NCBI GenBank assembly: GCA_965224065.1
Contig: CBDCYF010000005.1
Span: 2,006,695-2,070,694 of the forward strand
Reading direction: 5' to 3'
DNA length: 64,000 nt
From: Candidatus Multivoradales bacterium
Lineage (GTDB): Bacteria; Acidobacteriota; Thermoanaerobaculia; Multivoradales; JAHEKO01
Notes under the pieces: generated by a model
Databases searched by the model: none
Seen by the model: only the letters and a program-made list of their open reading frames with translations
What the model was told of the DNA's origin: nothing
Part shown: piece after piece, positions 27,664-36,600 of the stretch
Numbering within the stretch: position 1 is the stretch's first letter
Layout of the letters: every line of letters begins with the position of its first letter
Program-made: the position numbers and the translations under genes

Positions 27664-28296
27664 TCAGGGCTGTTCGAACAAGCCAGCGTACTCTTCGCTG
27701 CCCCGCAGCTCGCCGAAATCGGAGTCGTGGAAGGCGTAGACCCGGTTTTTCGGGTTCATCTCGATCGCGGCCCGTAGCGAGTGTGCAGCGGCCTCGTGAT
27801 CGCCCTGGAGCGCGTGGAGCGAAGCCGCCAGATAGGCGAACCGCTCGTCCTTGCCCTCACGCCCGCCGCGGCGACAGATCTCCAGAGCCTCTTCGAGATT
27901 GCCCCGGTTGCGCTCATAGACGGCGTGCAGAAACGGATCCTCCGGCCCCGACGGGCCCTTCGACGCTTTTTGCTCGGCGAGCAGCAGAAACCCCCGCGCG
28001 CGCTGCGCCAACTGCGGAAAGTCGGTCTCGTCGACGACCCTCTGCAACTGTTTCGCCGCTTGCCGGTAGTCGCCTTTTTGAATCGCCTTGAGACCGCTCT
28101 CGAACACCTTCACCAGCGGGTCGTTCTCGATCCGCATCGGCGTGATGGTGTCCTTGGCCTCGAGCGCCATCTGCTCGAGCTTCTCGGCAACGGTCTCCGA
28201 GTCGGTCTTGAAGCGCTCGGCCAGCTCCTCCAGGCGCTTGATCTTGGCGTATCTTTTGAGATACGTCTCTTCTTCTTTCTTCCAGCGTTTTGCCAT
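27664..28296 (-). CDS. Soluble TPR-like helical-repeat protein of unknown function, encoded directly downstream of mglA
   Basis: 210 aa, all-helical with TPR-like repeats (AAHSLRAAIEMNPKN...). It lies 23 nt after the mglA stop on the same strand. Confidence 0.5.
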   Translation of the reverse strand: MAKRWKKEEETYLKRYAKIKRLEELAERFKTDSETVAEKLEQMALEAKDTITPMRIENDPLVKVFESGLKAIQKGDYRQAAKQLQRVVDETDFPQLAQRARGFLLLAEQKASKGPSGPEDPFLHAVYERNRGNLEEALEICRRGGREGKDERFAYLAASLHALQGDHEAAAHSLRAAIEMNPKNRVYAFHDSDFGELRGSEEYAGLFEQP

Positions 28297-28319
28297 TGAT
28301 TTAAACCTCTATTGCAGGA

Positions 28320-28904
28320 CTAGCGCTTGCGGAGCTCGATGAGAATCTGCTTCGCCACCGATTTCAAGGTGTCGAACACTCCGACCCCCTCCGGAGCGAC
28401 CGCTTCGAAGGTTGGTTCGCGCTTGTAATTCAGCATCCGGTACATCTCGTCGACCGGCATCGCATTGGGCAGGTCCCGTTTGTTGAACTGCAGAGCGAAT
28501 GGGACCGTCAGCAGCTCGAACCCGTGCTCCCTGAGGTTGGCCTCCAGGTTGCGGATCGACTCGACGTTCGCCTCCATCCGCTCCCTCTGACTGTCGGCGA
28601 CAAAGACCACGCCGTCGACCCCCTTGAGTATCAGCTTGCGGCTGGCGTCGTAAAAGACCTGGCCGGGCACCGTATAGAGGTGAAAGCGCGTGGTGAAACC
28701 GCGGATCGATCCCAGGTCGAGGGGCAGAAAGTCAAAAAAAAGCGTCCGGTCCGCCTCGGTCGCCAGCGAGATCATCTTCCCCTTCGCAGCGGGAGGGGTC
28801 TTGTTGTAGATGTACTGCAGATTGGTCGTCTTGCCCCCGAGCCCGGGGCCGTAGTAGACGATCTTGCAGTTGATCTCTTTGGCGGCGTAGTTGATGAAGG
28901 TCAT
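28320..28904 (-). CDS. mglA: Ras-like polarity GTPase MglA
   Basis: The sequence is near-identical in motif content to Myxococcus MglA. The P-loop is [20 protein letters not shown], and the switch/[11 protein letters not shown] and NKRDL G4 motifs are present. Confidence 0.85.
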   Translation of the reverse strand: MTFINYAAKEINCKIVYYGPGLGGKTTNLQYIYNKTPPAAKGKMISLATEADRTLFFDFLPLDLGSIRGFTTRFHLYTVPGQVFYDASRKLILKGVDGVVFVADSQRERMEANVESIRNLEANLREHGFELLTVPFALQFNKRDLPNAMPVDEMYRMLNYKREPTFEAVAPEGVGVFDTLKSVAKQILIELRKR

Positions 28905-29380
28905 TCGCTAAAAAGAGCGTCGATGTCTTCGTCCGTGATCTCCGAGAACGGGCTCGCTTCGGCTCGGGCGTCCGGGCCGCGCTCGGTCTTGTCCGCCATC
29001 TGATCGAAGACTTTTTCGAGCTCCGCGCTCGCCCTCTTGACCCTCAGTCGTACCAGACCCAAAGACGAGCGCTCATCGAAGATCACCAGCAGGATCGCCC
29101 GCCGAGCGACGATCGAGATGTGGATGTGATCTCTCTGGCCCTCGTGGAAAAGCACCGAGAACTCGCGCTCGCCGATGAGCTTCGCCAGCCCGTCGGTGGC
29201 CGCGACATTGCCGGCGGTTAGCGAAGCCAGCGAGGTCGAATCGAACTCGTCAACATCGCCGGCGGCGGCGATGTGCTGGCCGTTCTTGTCGATCAAGAAG
29301 ACGGCTTTTGCGTTCGAGTCGTGGCGCAGCCGCCGGAGCGCCTCCTCCAGGCGGTCGAACTCTTGTTGGAAGACTTCCAT
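28901..29380 (-). CDS. mglB: MglB, roadblock/LC7-family GAP for MglA
   Basis: Roadblock/LC7 fold length and composition. It lies immediately upstream of mglA with a 4-nt overlap. I chose the internal ATG at 29380 (MEVFQQEF). Confidence 0.75.
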   Translation of the reverse strand: MEVFQQEFDRLEEALRRLRHDSNAKAVFLIDKNGQHIAAAGDVDEFDSTSLASLTAGNVAATDGLAKLIGEREFSVLFHEGQRDHIHISIVARRAILLVIFDERSSLGLVRLRVKRASAELEKVFDQMADKTERGPDARAEASPFSEITDEDIDALFSE

Positions 29381-29573
29381 CAGCGTCCCGAGATGCGCTC
29401 CACCTGGCCCGCGCAAGATATCACAGAGACAGCAGCGCTCCTGTTGCGGACGCTACAGCGGCAGGGCTTCACGCGACCGCGACACCAGTGGTGCACAGGC
29501 CGTTGATAGTATGCCAATTGCGCCGAAAAACCAGCCGATGTGACGCCCTCCGGCCCCTGAGAATCACGCTCCG

Positions 29574-31229
29574 ATGCGCGCCCTCGTTCCGCCCCGCTCG
29601 ACGGCCGCGCGGCGGGAGGCGCTCTCCCGGCTGGGCGACCGGGAGTGGGACCTTCTGGTCGTCGGGGGCGGAATCAGCGGCATGGCGGTGGCGCGAGACG
29701 CGGCGCTGCGGGGGCTCTCGACCGCCCTCATCGAGCGAGAGGACTTCGCTTTCGGGACCTCCAGCCGCTCGTCGCGACTCGTGCACGGCGGGCTGCGGTA
29801 CCTCAAGAACTTCGACTTCAGCCTGGTGCGCGAGGGTCTCGTCGAACGGCGCCGGCTGCTGGATGGCGCGCCCGGGCTGGTCCGGCCGGCCCGCTTTGTC
29901 TACCCGGTCTACCGGCAGGACCCCGACTCGCTGTGGAAAGTGGCCCTCGGCGTGCGTGTCTACGAGACCCTTTCCTTCGGCTACCGGTTGGGTCGCGGTC
30001 GCCGCTATCGCAAACGGGGCCTGATGGGCGTGATGCCGGGTCTGCGGCGGGACTCGCTGGTGGGGGGTGTTGCCTATACCGACGCGGCGACTCACGACAC
30101 CCGTCTGACCCTGGCCGTCGGGCTGGGAGCCGCCGGCGCCGGTGCCCACCTGGTGTCGCGCTGCGGCGCGGTGCGGCTCGAGCAAACCGACGGCGTGGTC
30201 ACCGGTGTGCTGGCCGAGGACCGCATCTCGGAGCGTGAGTTTCCGATCTCGGCGCGCGCGGTCGTGCTGTGCTGCGGTCCATGGCAGAAGCTCTACGCCC
30301 AGACCCCCGTCAAGCTGCGCACCGCGCGCGGCACCCATCTGAGCGTGCGCTGTCGCCGTCTGCCGCTCGACTGTTTTGTGGCGCTCCGCTCACCCCGCGA
30401 CGGCCGGCTGGCCTTTGCCATGCCGGTTGGCCGGTATGTGGTCCTGGGAACCACCGATGACGACGACGCCACCGAGCCGGGCCGGGTCAGGCCCACCCGT
30501 GACGACAGCGACTATCTTCTCGAGCTGGCCAACCACGCCTTCCCGGCCGTAGACGTCACCCGGTCGGACATCGCCGGCGCCTGGGCCGGGCTGCGGCCGT
30601 TGGTCGCCGACGGATCGGGCGATGATGCCGACAAGCTTTCGCGTAGCCACACCGTCGCCGCGGGCCCCCCGGGGTTGTGGATCCTGACCGGCGGCAAGCT
30701 CACCACCCACCGCCGGATGGCCGAAGATTGCCTGGACGAGGTGGCACCGTACCTGGAGGCTATGGGTGTGGCCTCGCTGCCGTGCTCCACTCACCAGCGA
30801 ACCCTCCTCGATGGCGACCTCGGCCGCGGCCGCGCCCTCCTCACCGAGGGTGGTCTATCGCCCGAGCGGATCGCGGCCTTTGAAGCGCTCTACGGCAGCC
30901 GGCTGGAGCGGCTTGCCGTCAAGGCCAGCGAGCACGCCGGCCGAAACACCATCACCGGCGACGCGTTGCTCGAAGCTCAGATCGAGCTGGCCGTCGAGGA
31001 GGAATGGGCCCTGTCGCTCGACGACCTGTTGCTACGCCGGATCGGGTCGGGGCAGCTCGACTTGAGAGCGGTCTGGAGCCTGGCTCCGGCCAGCGCGGCC
31101 AAGCTGGGCGATCTGCTGGGCTGGAGCGCCGAGGAAACCGCCGAGGAGGTCCGCGAGCTTCGCGCCGGTGTGGCGCGAGACCTGGTGGCCGCGGGCGCCG
31201 AGGGGCTGGATTTCCCGGCCGGCGCCTAG
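29574..31229 (+). CDS. glpD: FAD-dependent glycerol-3-phosphate dehydrogenase
   Basis: The FAD-binding motif is DLLVVGGGISGMAVARDAALRG, with SSRSSRLVHGGLRYL after it. The C-terminal alpha-helical GlpD domain is present; length 551 aa. Confidence 0.85.
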   Translation: MRALVPPRSTAARREALSRLGDREWDLLVVGGGISGMAVARDAALRGLSTALIEREDFAFGTSSRSSRLVHGGLRYLKNFDFSLVREGLVERRRLLDGAPGLVRPARFVYPVYRQDPDSLWKVALGVRVYETLSFGYRLGRGRRYRKRGLMGVMPGLRRDSLVGGVAYTDAATHDTRLTLAVGLGAAGAGAHLVSRCGAVRLEQTDGVVTGVLAEDRISEREFPISARAVVLCCGPWQKLYAQTPVKLRTARGTHLSVRCRRLPLDCFVALRSPRDGRLAFAMPVGRYVVLGTTDDDDATEPGRVRPTRDDSDYLLELANHAFPAVDVTRSDIAGAWAGLRPLVADGSGDDADKLSRSHTVAAGPPGLWILTGGKLTTHRRMAEDCLDEVAPYLEAMGVASLPCSTHQRTLLDGDLGRGRALLTEGGLSPERIAAFEALYGSRLERLAVKASEHAGRNTITGDALLEAQIELAVEEEWALSLDDLLLRRIGSGQLDLRAVWSLAPASAAKLGDLLGWSAEETAEEVRELRAGVARDLVAAGAEGLDFPAGA

Positions 31230-31248
31230 CAGCCTTCTCACCTGCCGG

Positions 31249-32079
31249 CTACTGCGCCGCGGCCTTTGCGACGGCCTTCTTGGCCGTCTTTTTGCGCCCA
31301 CGCCCGCCACCGCGGCGGCGGCGTGAGACCAGCGCCACGGTGTAGGTGCCCGAGCGCTCGTCCTTCTCCAGCTTGATGATCTTCTGTTGCTCGGCGTCTT
31401 CGAGAAGGTCGGTAAAGGTCGAATAACCGTAGTAGCCCTCATTGAACGACGGCCGCTTGCGCTGCATCGTCTGCTTGACCATCGAGCCCCAGAGGATGTC
31501 CTTGTTTTCGCGCTTGAGCGCGTGGATGGCATCGACCATCAGCTCGAACGCCTCGGCGTTCTTGCTTTTGCCGACGCCGGTGAGCTTGGGGGCTTTCTTG
31601 GCCTGGGCCTTATCGCGCCAGACATCCTCGTAGAAGATGAACTCGTCGCAGTTGTCGATCAACAGCGCCGACGAAGAATTCTTGACCCCGACGCCGATGA
31701 CGCTCTTGTTGTTCTCCTTGAGCTTCGAGACCAGCGGCGAGAAATCGCTGTCCCCCGACAACACCACAAAGGTATCCAGGTGCTCCTTTGAGTAACAAAG
31801 CTCCATGGCGTCGACCGCCATCTTCAAGTCCGCCGAGTTTTTTCCCGAATAGCGCCGTTGGGGGATGTCGATCATCTCGATCCCGGACTCGTGGAACGGG
31901 CGCTTGAACTCACTGTAGCGTTCCCAGTCGCAGTAGGCCTTCTTGACGATGATCTTGCCCTTCTCGAGCAGACGCTCGAGCACCAGCTTGATGTCGAATT
32001 TTTTGATCTCGGAATCGCGTACACCGAGCGCCACGTTCTCGAGATCACAGAACAGCGCGATTTTTCGTTCGTCGTTCAA
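31249..32079 (-). CDS. NYN (LabA-like PIN-related) domain protein with C-terminal OST-HTH/LOTUS-like domain and basic tail
   Basis: IALFCDLENV...VVLSGDSDFSPLV carries the NYN acidic residues. The C-terminal ~80 aa match the LOTUS pattern (MVKQTMQRKRPSFNEGYYGYSTFTDLLE). Confidence 0.75.
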   Translation of the reverse strand: MNDERKIALFCDLENVALGVRDSEIKKFDIKLVLERLLEKGKIIVKKAYCDWERYSEFKRPFHESGIEMIDIPQRRYSGKNSADLKMAVDAMELCYSKEHLDTFVVLSGDSDFSPLVSKLKENNKSVIGVGVKNSSSALLIDNCDEFIFYEDVWRDKAQAKKAPKLTGVGKSKNAEAFELMVDAIHALKRENKDILWGSMVKQTMQRKRPSFNEGYYGYSTFTDLLEDAEQQKIIKLEKDERSGTYTVALVSRRRRGGGRGRKKTAKKAVAKAAAQ

Positions 32080-32306
32080 AGGACGGATTTCCTTTCAGCA
32101 AGTGCGACAACGCCGGGCCAAACGCCGGCGCAAGAGTCTGTTTTCCTGGAAATGCCAGGCAGGTAAGGGGTTGGAGGATGGATCAGAAGCTCTTGGGGCG
32201 CGGGTAGTGAAGGCCCCAACCTCGTTTTGCGGGTGGAATTGTAGCATCCAAGCCGGCTGTGCCGAGATAAAATCCACCGCCGCCGTCCGGCCAACCCACT
32301 TTCCGC

Positions 32307-32936
32307 ATGGCACACCGCGTCGCACTGCTCGTCACCGGGGCTTCCGGAATGGCCCTGCCGCGGCACCTCTTGGCGACGCTGACACGGGTCGAGGAGGTCG
32401 AGCGGGTTCACCTGGTGGTGTCCCGCGGCGCCAGCCAGGTTTTGCGGCACGAGCTGGGAGCCGAACAAACCGGCGCCGCCGATCTGGTCGAAGCGGCCGG
32501 TCTGGCGGCTCCACAACGCGACAAGATCGTCACGCACCGCGACGGCGAGCTCGACGCTCCAATCGCGTCCGGGTCTTACCGGCTCACCGGCACGGCGATC
32601 GTGCCGTGCAGCGCGGGCACACTCGGCGCCTTGGCCACCGGCGGCGCCCGCACCCTCGTCCATCGGGCCGGCGCGGTGGCACTCAAGGACGGCTGGCCGC
32701 TGGTGCTCGGGTTTCGCGAGACCCCGTACTCGGTCGTGCACCTCGAGAATTTGAGACGGCTCGCCCACCTCGGCGCGGTGATCCTGCCGCCGGTCCCCGC
32801 TTTTTACATCGGCGGCGAATCGATGGAGCGCTTTCTGGATCACTACGCCATGCGGGTGCTCGACCGGCTGGGGATCGCCATCCCTCAAAGCACCGGGCTG
32901 CGCTGGCCCCCGAGATCGGGTCAAAAAAGCAGTTAA
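32307..32936 (+). CDS. ubiX: UbiX-family flavin prenyltransferase
   Basis: The flavoprotein fold opens VALLVTGASGMALP, with SYRLTGTAIVPCSAGTLGALATG downstream. Confidence 0.85.
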   Translation: MAHRVALLVTGASGMALPRHLLATLTRVEEVERVHLVVSRGASQVLRHELGAEQTGAADLVEAAGLAAPQRDKIVTHRDGELDAPIASGSYRLTGTAIVPCSAGTLGALATGGARTLVHRAGAVALKDGWPLVLGFRETPYSVVHLENLRRLAHLGAVILPPVPAFYIGGESMERFLDHYAMRVLDRLGIAIPQSTGLRWPPRSGQKSS

Positions 32937-32954
32937 GGGAGCCGGCCGCCGGCC

Positions 32955-33551
32955 TCAAACTCGGCCGAAGGCCCGATCGGTCAGAGCCCGAGCCGCCTCC
33001 AGCATGGCTTCTTCCTCGGCGCCACCCGCCAGCGTCAAACCGATCACCGCATCGTCGTCGCAGGTCCAAAGCTGCCCCGTGTTGAGGGCCGAAGCCGAAC
33101 TGAAGGCCCACCACGCCTCGCTGCCGAGGTCGGCGATGTTCTTGGGGGCCGCACCGGTTCCATCCCGGGCCGCGCGCATGTCTCGGCAGATCTCGGACAT
33201 CTTCCGCGCTCCCTCCTGCTTGACAAAAGCTGTCAGGCTGAGGCTCGTCTGGTCCAGCTCGTCGGTGTCCCACAGGCAGTACATCGAGCCCATGGCGCGA
33301 CCAGCCTGAACCGGGTTTCCCACCAGCTCCGACACCTCGGTGTCCTCGATCAGGCCGCAGACGTCGACTCCGAGCTTGCGCCCCGCCCGCTTTGTCTCGG
33401 CGGTGGCGACGATCTCTGAGAGAGCCGGTGAGAGACCCGGCTCACCCTCCGTTGCGGCGTCCTTGTCGGATCCCCCGCATGCGGCCAGCAAGAGGACCAC
33501 GCCCACCGTCGACGCAGCGACCCGCCAGCGTTGTTGCATTCCTAGTCTCAT
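32955..33551 (-). CDS. Cys-containing lipoprotein of unknown function (last gene of the surface-module operon)
   Basis: The lipobox is LLLAACGG, with four Cys in the mature part. It lies 50 nt downstream of the giant ORF on the same strand. Confidence 0.5.
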   Translation of the reverse strand: MRLGMQQRWRVAASTVGVVLLLAACGGSDKDAATEGEPGLSPALSEIVATAETKRAGRKLGVDVCGLIEDTEVSELVGNPVQAGRAMGSMYCLWDTDELDQTSLSLTAFVKQEGARKMSEICRDMRAARDGTGAAPKNIADLGSEAWWAFSSASALNTGQLWTCDDDAVIGLTLAGGAEEEAMLEAARALTDRAFGRV

Positions 33552-33600
33552 CTTCTCTACCTCCCGAGCTCTCTTTTGCGTCCGCCGCGCCGGGACCCCC

Positions 33601-36600
33601 TCACGGCCTCGACCCCAGTGTGAGGGTCTTTCGCTTCTCGCCGACGACCCGCACCTGTTCGAAGATCTCGGCCGGGGCCCCCTTCACTCGCACCGTGTAA
33701 ACACCCGCCGGAACCGCCACCGGATCCCCACCGACCGCGCCGGTCGCCAGCACCGCCCCGTCGTGGTCCACGACGTCAAACGAGCGGCTGACGGCTGCCA
33801 CCATCGATTCCTCGAGCGAGCGAGCATCGCCGGCATCGTAATACCGCCCGCCGCCCAGTTCGGCCCATCGCCGAAATCGCGCCCGGGCGGCTTCCCGGTC
33901 GCTAGCGTCGACATCGAAGCCGACGATGTTGAGCTCCACGTCGTATCCGCGCCGGCGGAGCGCCTCGATCGCCGCCTCCACGTCGCCGCCGCACGACTCC
34001 TCGCCGTCGGTGACCAAGACCACCCTCTTGGGCCCGGGCCCCTCTCCGAGGTCGCTTCCGACCAGCTCCAGCGAGGCGGCAATCGGTGTCCCCGAGAACG
34101 GCTTGGGCTCGACCGCCGCCAGCACGCGGGCGGTCTCCGCGGCATCGAGCGGCCCGAGCGGCATCTCGAGATCGGTCCGGCAGGCTTTGGCTTTCCGATT
34201 GCCGAACACTCGCAGCGCGAACGGCGTTCCGGGGGAGAGCACATCGCTGACGAGCTGACGAAGCACCCGTTTGGCGACGTCGATGCGAAGCACGCCCCCG
34301 ACCTTTCGATACATGCTCCCGGAGGCATCGAAGATTACCTCGACCGATTCTCCGGCCGTGCCCGGCGCGGCACCATCGGTGGCAGCGGCGACGACCTCGA
34401 TGCTCCCCGGCCCCGCCGGCTCCTCAAACCCGGTCTCTACGAGAACGCGGTAGCTCTTGGGCCGGCGCAAGTAGCACGACGCTCGGGCAAAGCCGACATC
34501 AAAATGGCCGATGGTCCGGGCCGAATCATAGAAACCGCCCCCGACACCCGCCCAGCTCTGCATCAGATCCTGGCTGGCGGCCGACCTCGGCGAATCGTGC
34601 TCGATCGAGGGTGTGTGCATGGTGAAGATCTGCGGCGAGGTCTGTGCGAACGTCTTCCAGAGATCCGTCGTAAGCGCGTAGCCGTTGCTGAAAGCATCGG
34701 TAATGAGCACGATCGCCCTGGCGCCCGGCCTCTTCTCCAGTGCGACCCCGGCGGTCAACAGGGCCAGCTCCGAGTTGCTGGAGAAGGCCTTGGCCGTGTC
34801 GTGCCGGTTAAGCGCCGACATCACCTCTGCTGGATCGCCCGACCATTCCTCGAGCAGAAATCGCGGCGGCTTGTCGAACGGCAGCAAGTTGACGACCTCC
34901 CGGCCGGGCTTGACGGCGCGCGCGAACTGAGTCGCCGCGGCACGGATAAAGTCAGTGTACGGGCCGATGCTGGCGCTGGTGTCCCAGGCAAGCACAACCG
35001 AGCGCGGTGGCTCCTCCAGCCGCAGGTAGTAGCTGCCCGGGGCGACATCAGCGGTCAGCTCGACCCGCTGGTAGGACCGTTCGGACTCGCTCTCCACCGG
35101 GCGTCCGCGCGGGTCTTGCAGACTCCACGAGAACGCGACCGCCGGATCGCCTTGCAGGGTGATGCGAATGGCGTTGTGGCCTTCAGGAACCTCCACCCGG
35201 TACCAGTCCACGTCCTCCTCCACAAGCACCCGCCCCGACAACGCCCGGCCTGGCGACAGCGGCTGAGCCCGCTCCCGGCTGTCGTTGTGATCGGCCTCGG
35301 CGAGAACGGACGTTCCCGAAGCCGGCCGGCCGGCCTCGAAGATCGCGCGGCGGCTCATGAATCCCCACTCGCCGAGGATGGACCTGTAGTCGGCGTCCGC
35401 CCCCTGCTCGAAGATCCTCAGGGTCTCCGGGTACCGGTAAGGTGTCTGCGGCCGCAGATCCCCGGCGGTGAATCGAACAAAGCGCGCCCATGCCGGCTCG
35501 CCGAGCGTCAGGCGCTCGACACCGTCGCCTCCGAGCCGCCAGGTAGCCAGCGTCTCCCAGGGCCCCAACGGGCTCTCCGTCGAAGCGGCCACCTCGATCT
35601 CCTCAAAGCCCAGAGCCCTCGAGCTCCGGCTCTCCGACGGGACCCACTCGAAGCCGGTGATCCTGGCCGCCCGATCGTGGTGAAAGCCCACCACCCAGCT
35701 CGCGGTGTCCTGGTCGTCGGCCGTAGTCGCAAACGTCCGCTCCGCTGCGACCGAGAGGATCGGGTGCTCGGCCGATCCGACACCGATGACGGTCCCGAAC
35801 TCCTCGGTCCCAATCAGCGGATCGGACCAAGCGACATGGCCGCCGAGCGACGGCTGGGCAATGTCCCAGGGTTCGGAGCGCAGCCTGGTCCCGGCAGCGG
35901 CGACGAGCTTCCACTCCCCGAGCGCCACCCCGCGCCCTCCGCCGTGGCTGCTGCCGAGCACAAGTCTCGCGAACCGGGCCTCGACCGGCTCTTCGAACGC
36001 AAAAACCTGCTCGCCAGGAAGCGGCTCGAGACGGCCGGTGAGGACCTCCTCGAAACGCTTGCCGTCGAGCGATGTCGAGACGGAGAATTCGGCAAGCTGC
36101 TCAGTCGCGCCTTCGATCGAGCGCCCCAGCGGATGGAGCAGCGCTCCCCACAGCTCCACCGGTTCTTCCCCGGCCAGATCGACCGTGATCGCCTGCTCCG
36201 TCTCGAACCGAGTCCGGTCTCGCAGCGGGATCGCGAGCCCATCGAAAAGCTCCCCCACAAAACGATCCTCGCCTTCCGCCGCCGCCCCCAGCGCCGGCCA
36301 AGCGACGTTGAGCCCTCCCAGCAGGCGGTCGGGCAGGGGCCACGCCTCGCCGGCCGCGCGGGGCTCCGCCCCGCACTCCGGCTGCAGCTCCACCGAAGCG
36401 GTCGCGACCGCGCCGCTTGCGGTCCGGGCGGCAACCGTCAGCAGAACCGGCTGGTCGTCCCGGGCGTCCGGCAGGATCTCCACCTGCAGCGGAATCGCCG
36501 CCGACTGGGCGGGCCCGACCTCGACCACCTCGCGTAGCAACCGACCCTTCCATGCAGCATCGCTGGTGGCGACTTCAAAACGCAGCGTCTGTATCGTCCC

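Noticed and set aside
33340-36537. 1065-aa plus-strand ORF antisense to the giant vWA gene (and 36796-39024, 742 aa)
   Set aside because: Arg/Pro/Gly-dominated with no signal peptide or domain. The sense strand carries coherent repeated domains and a signal peptide.
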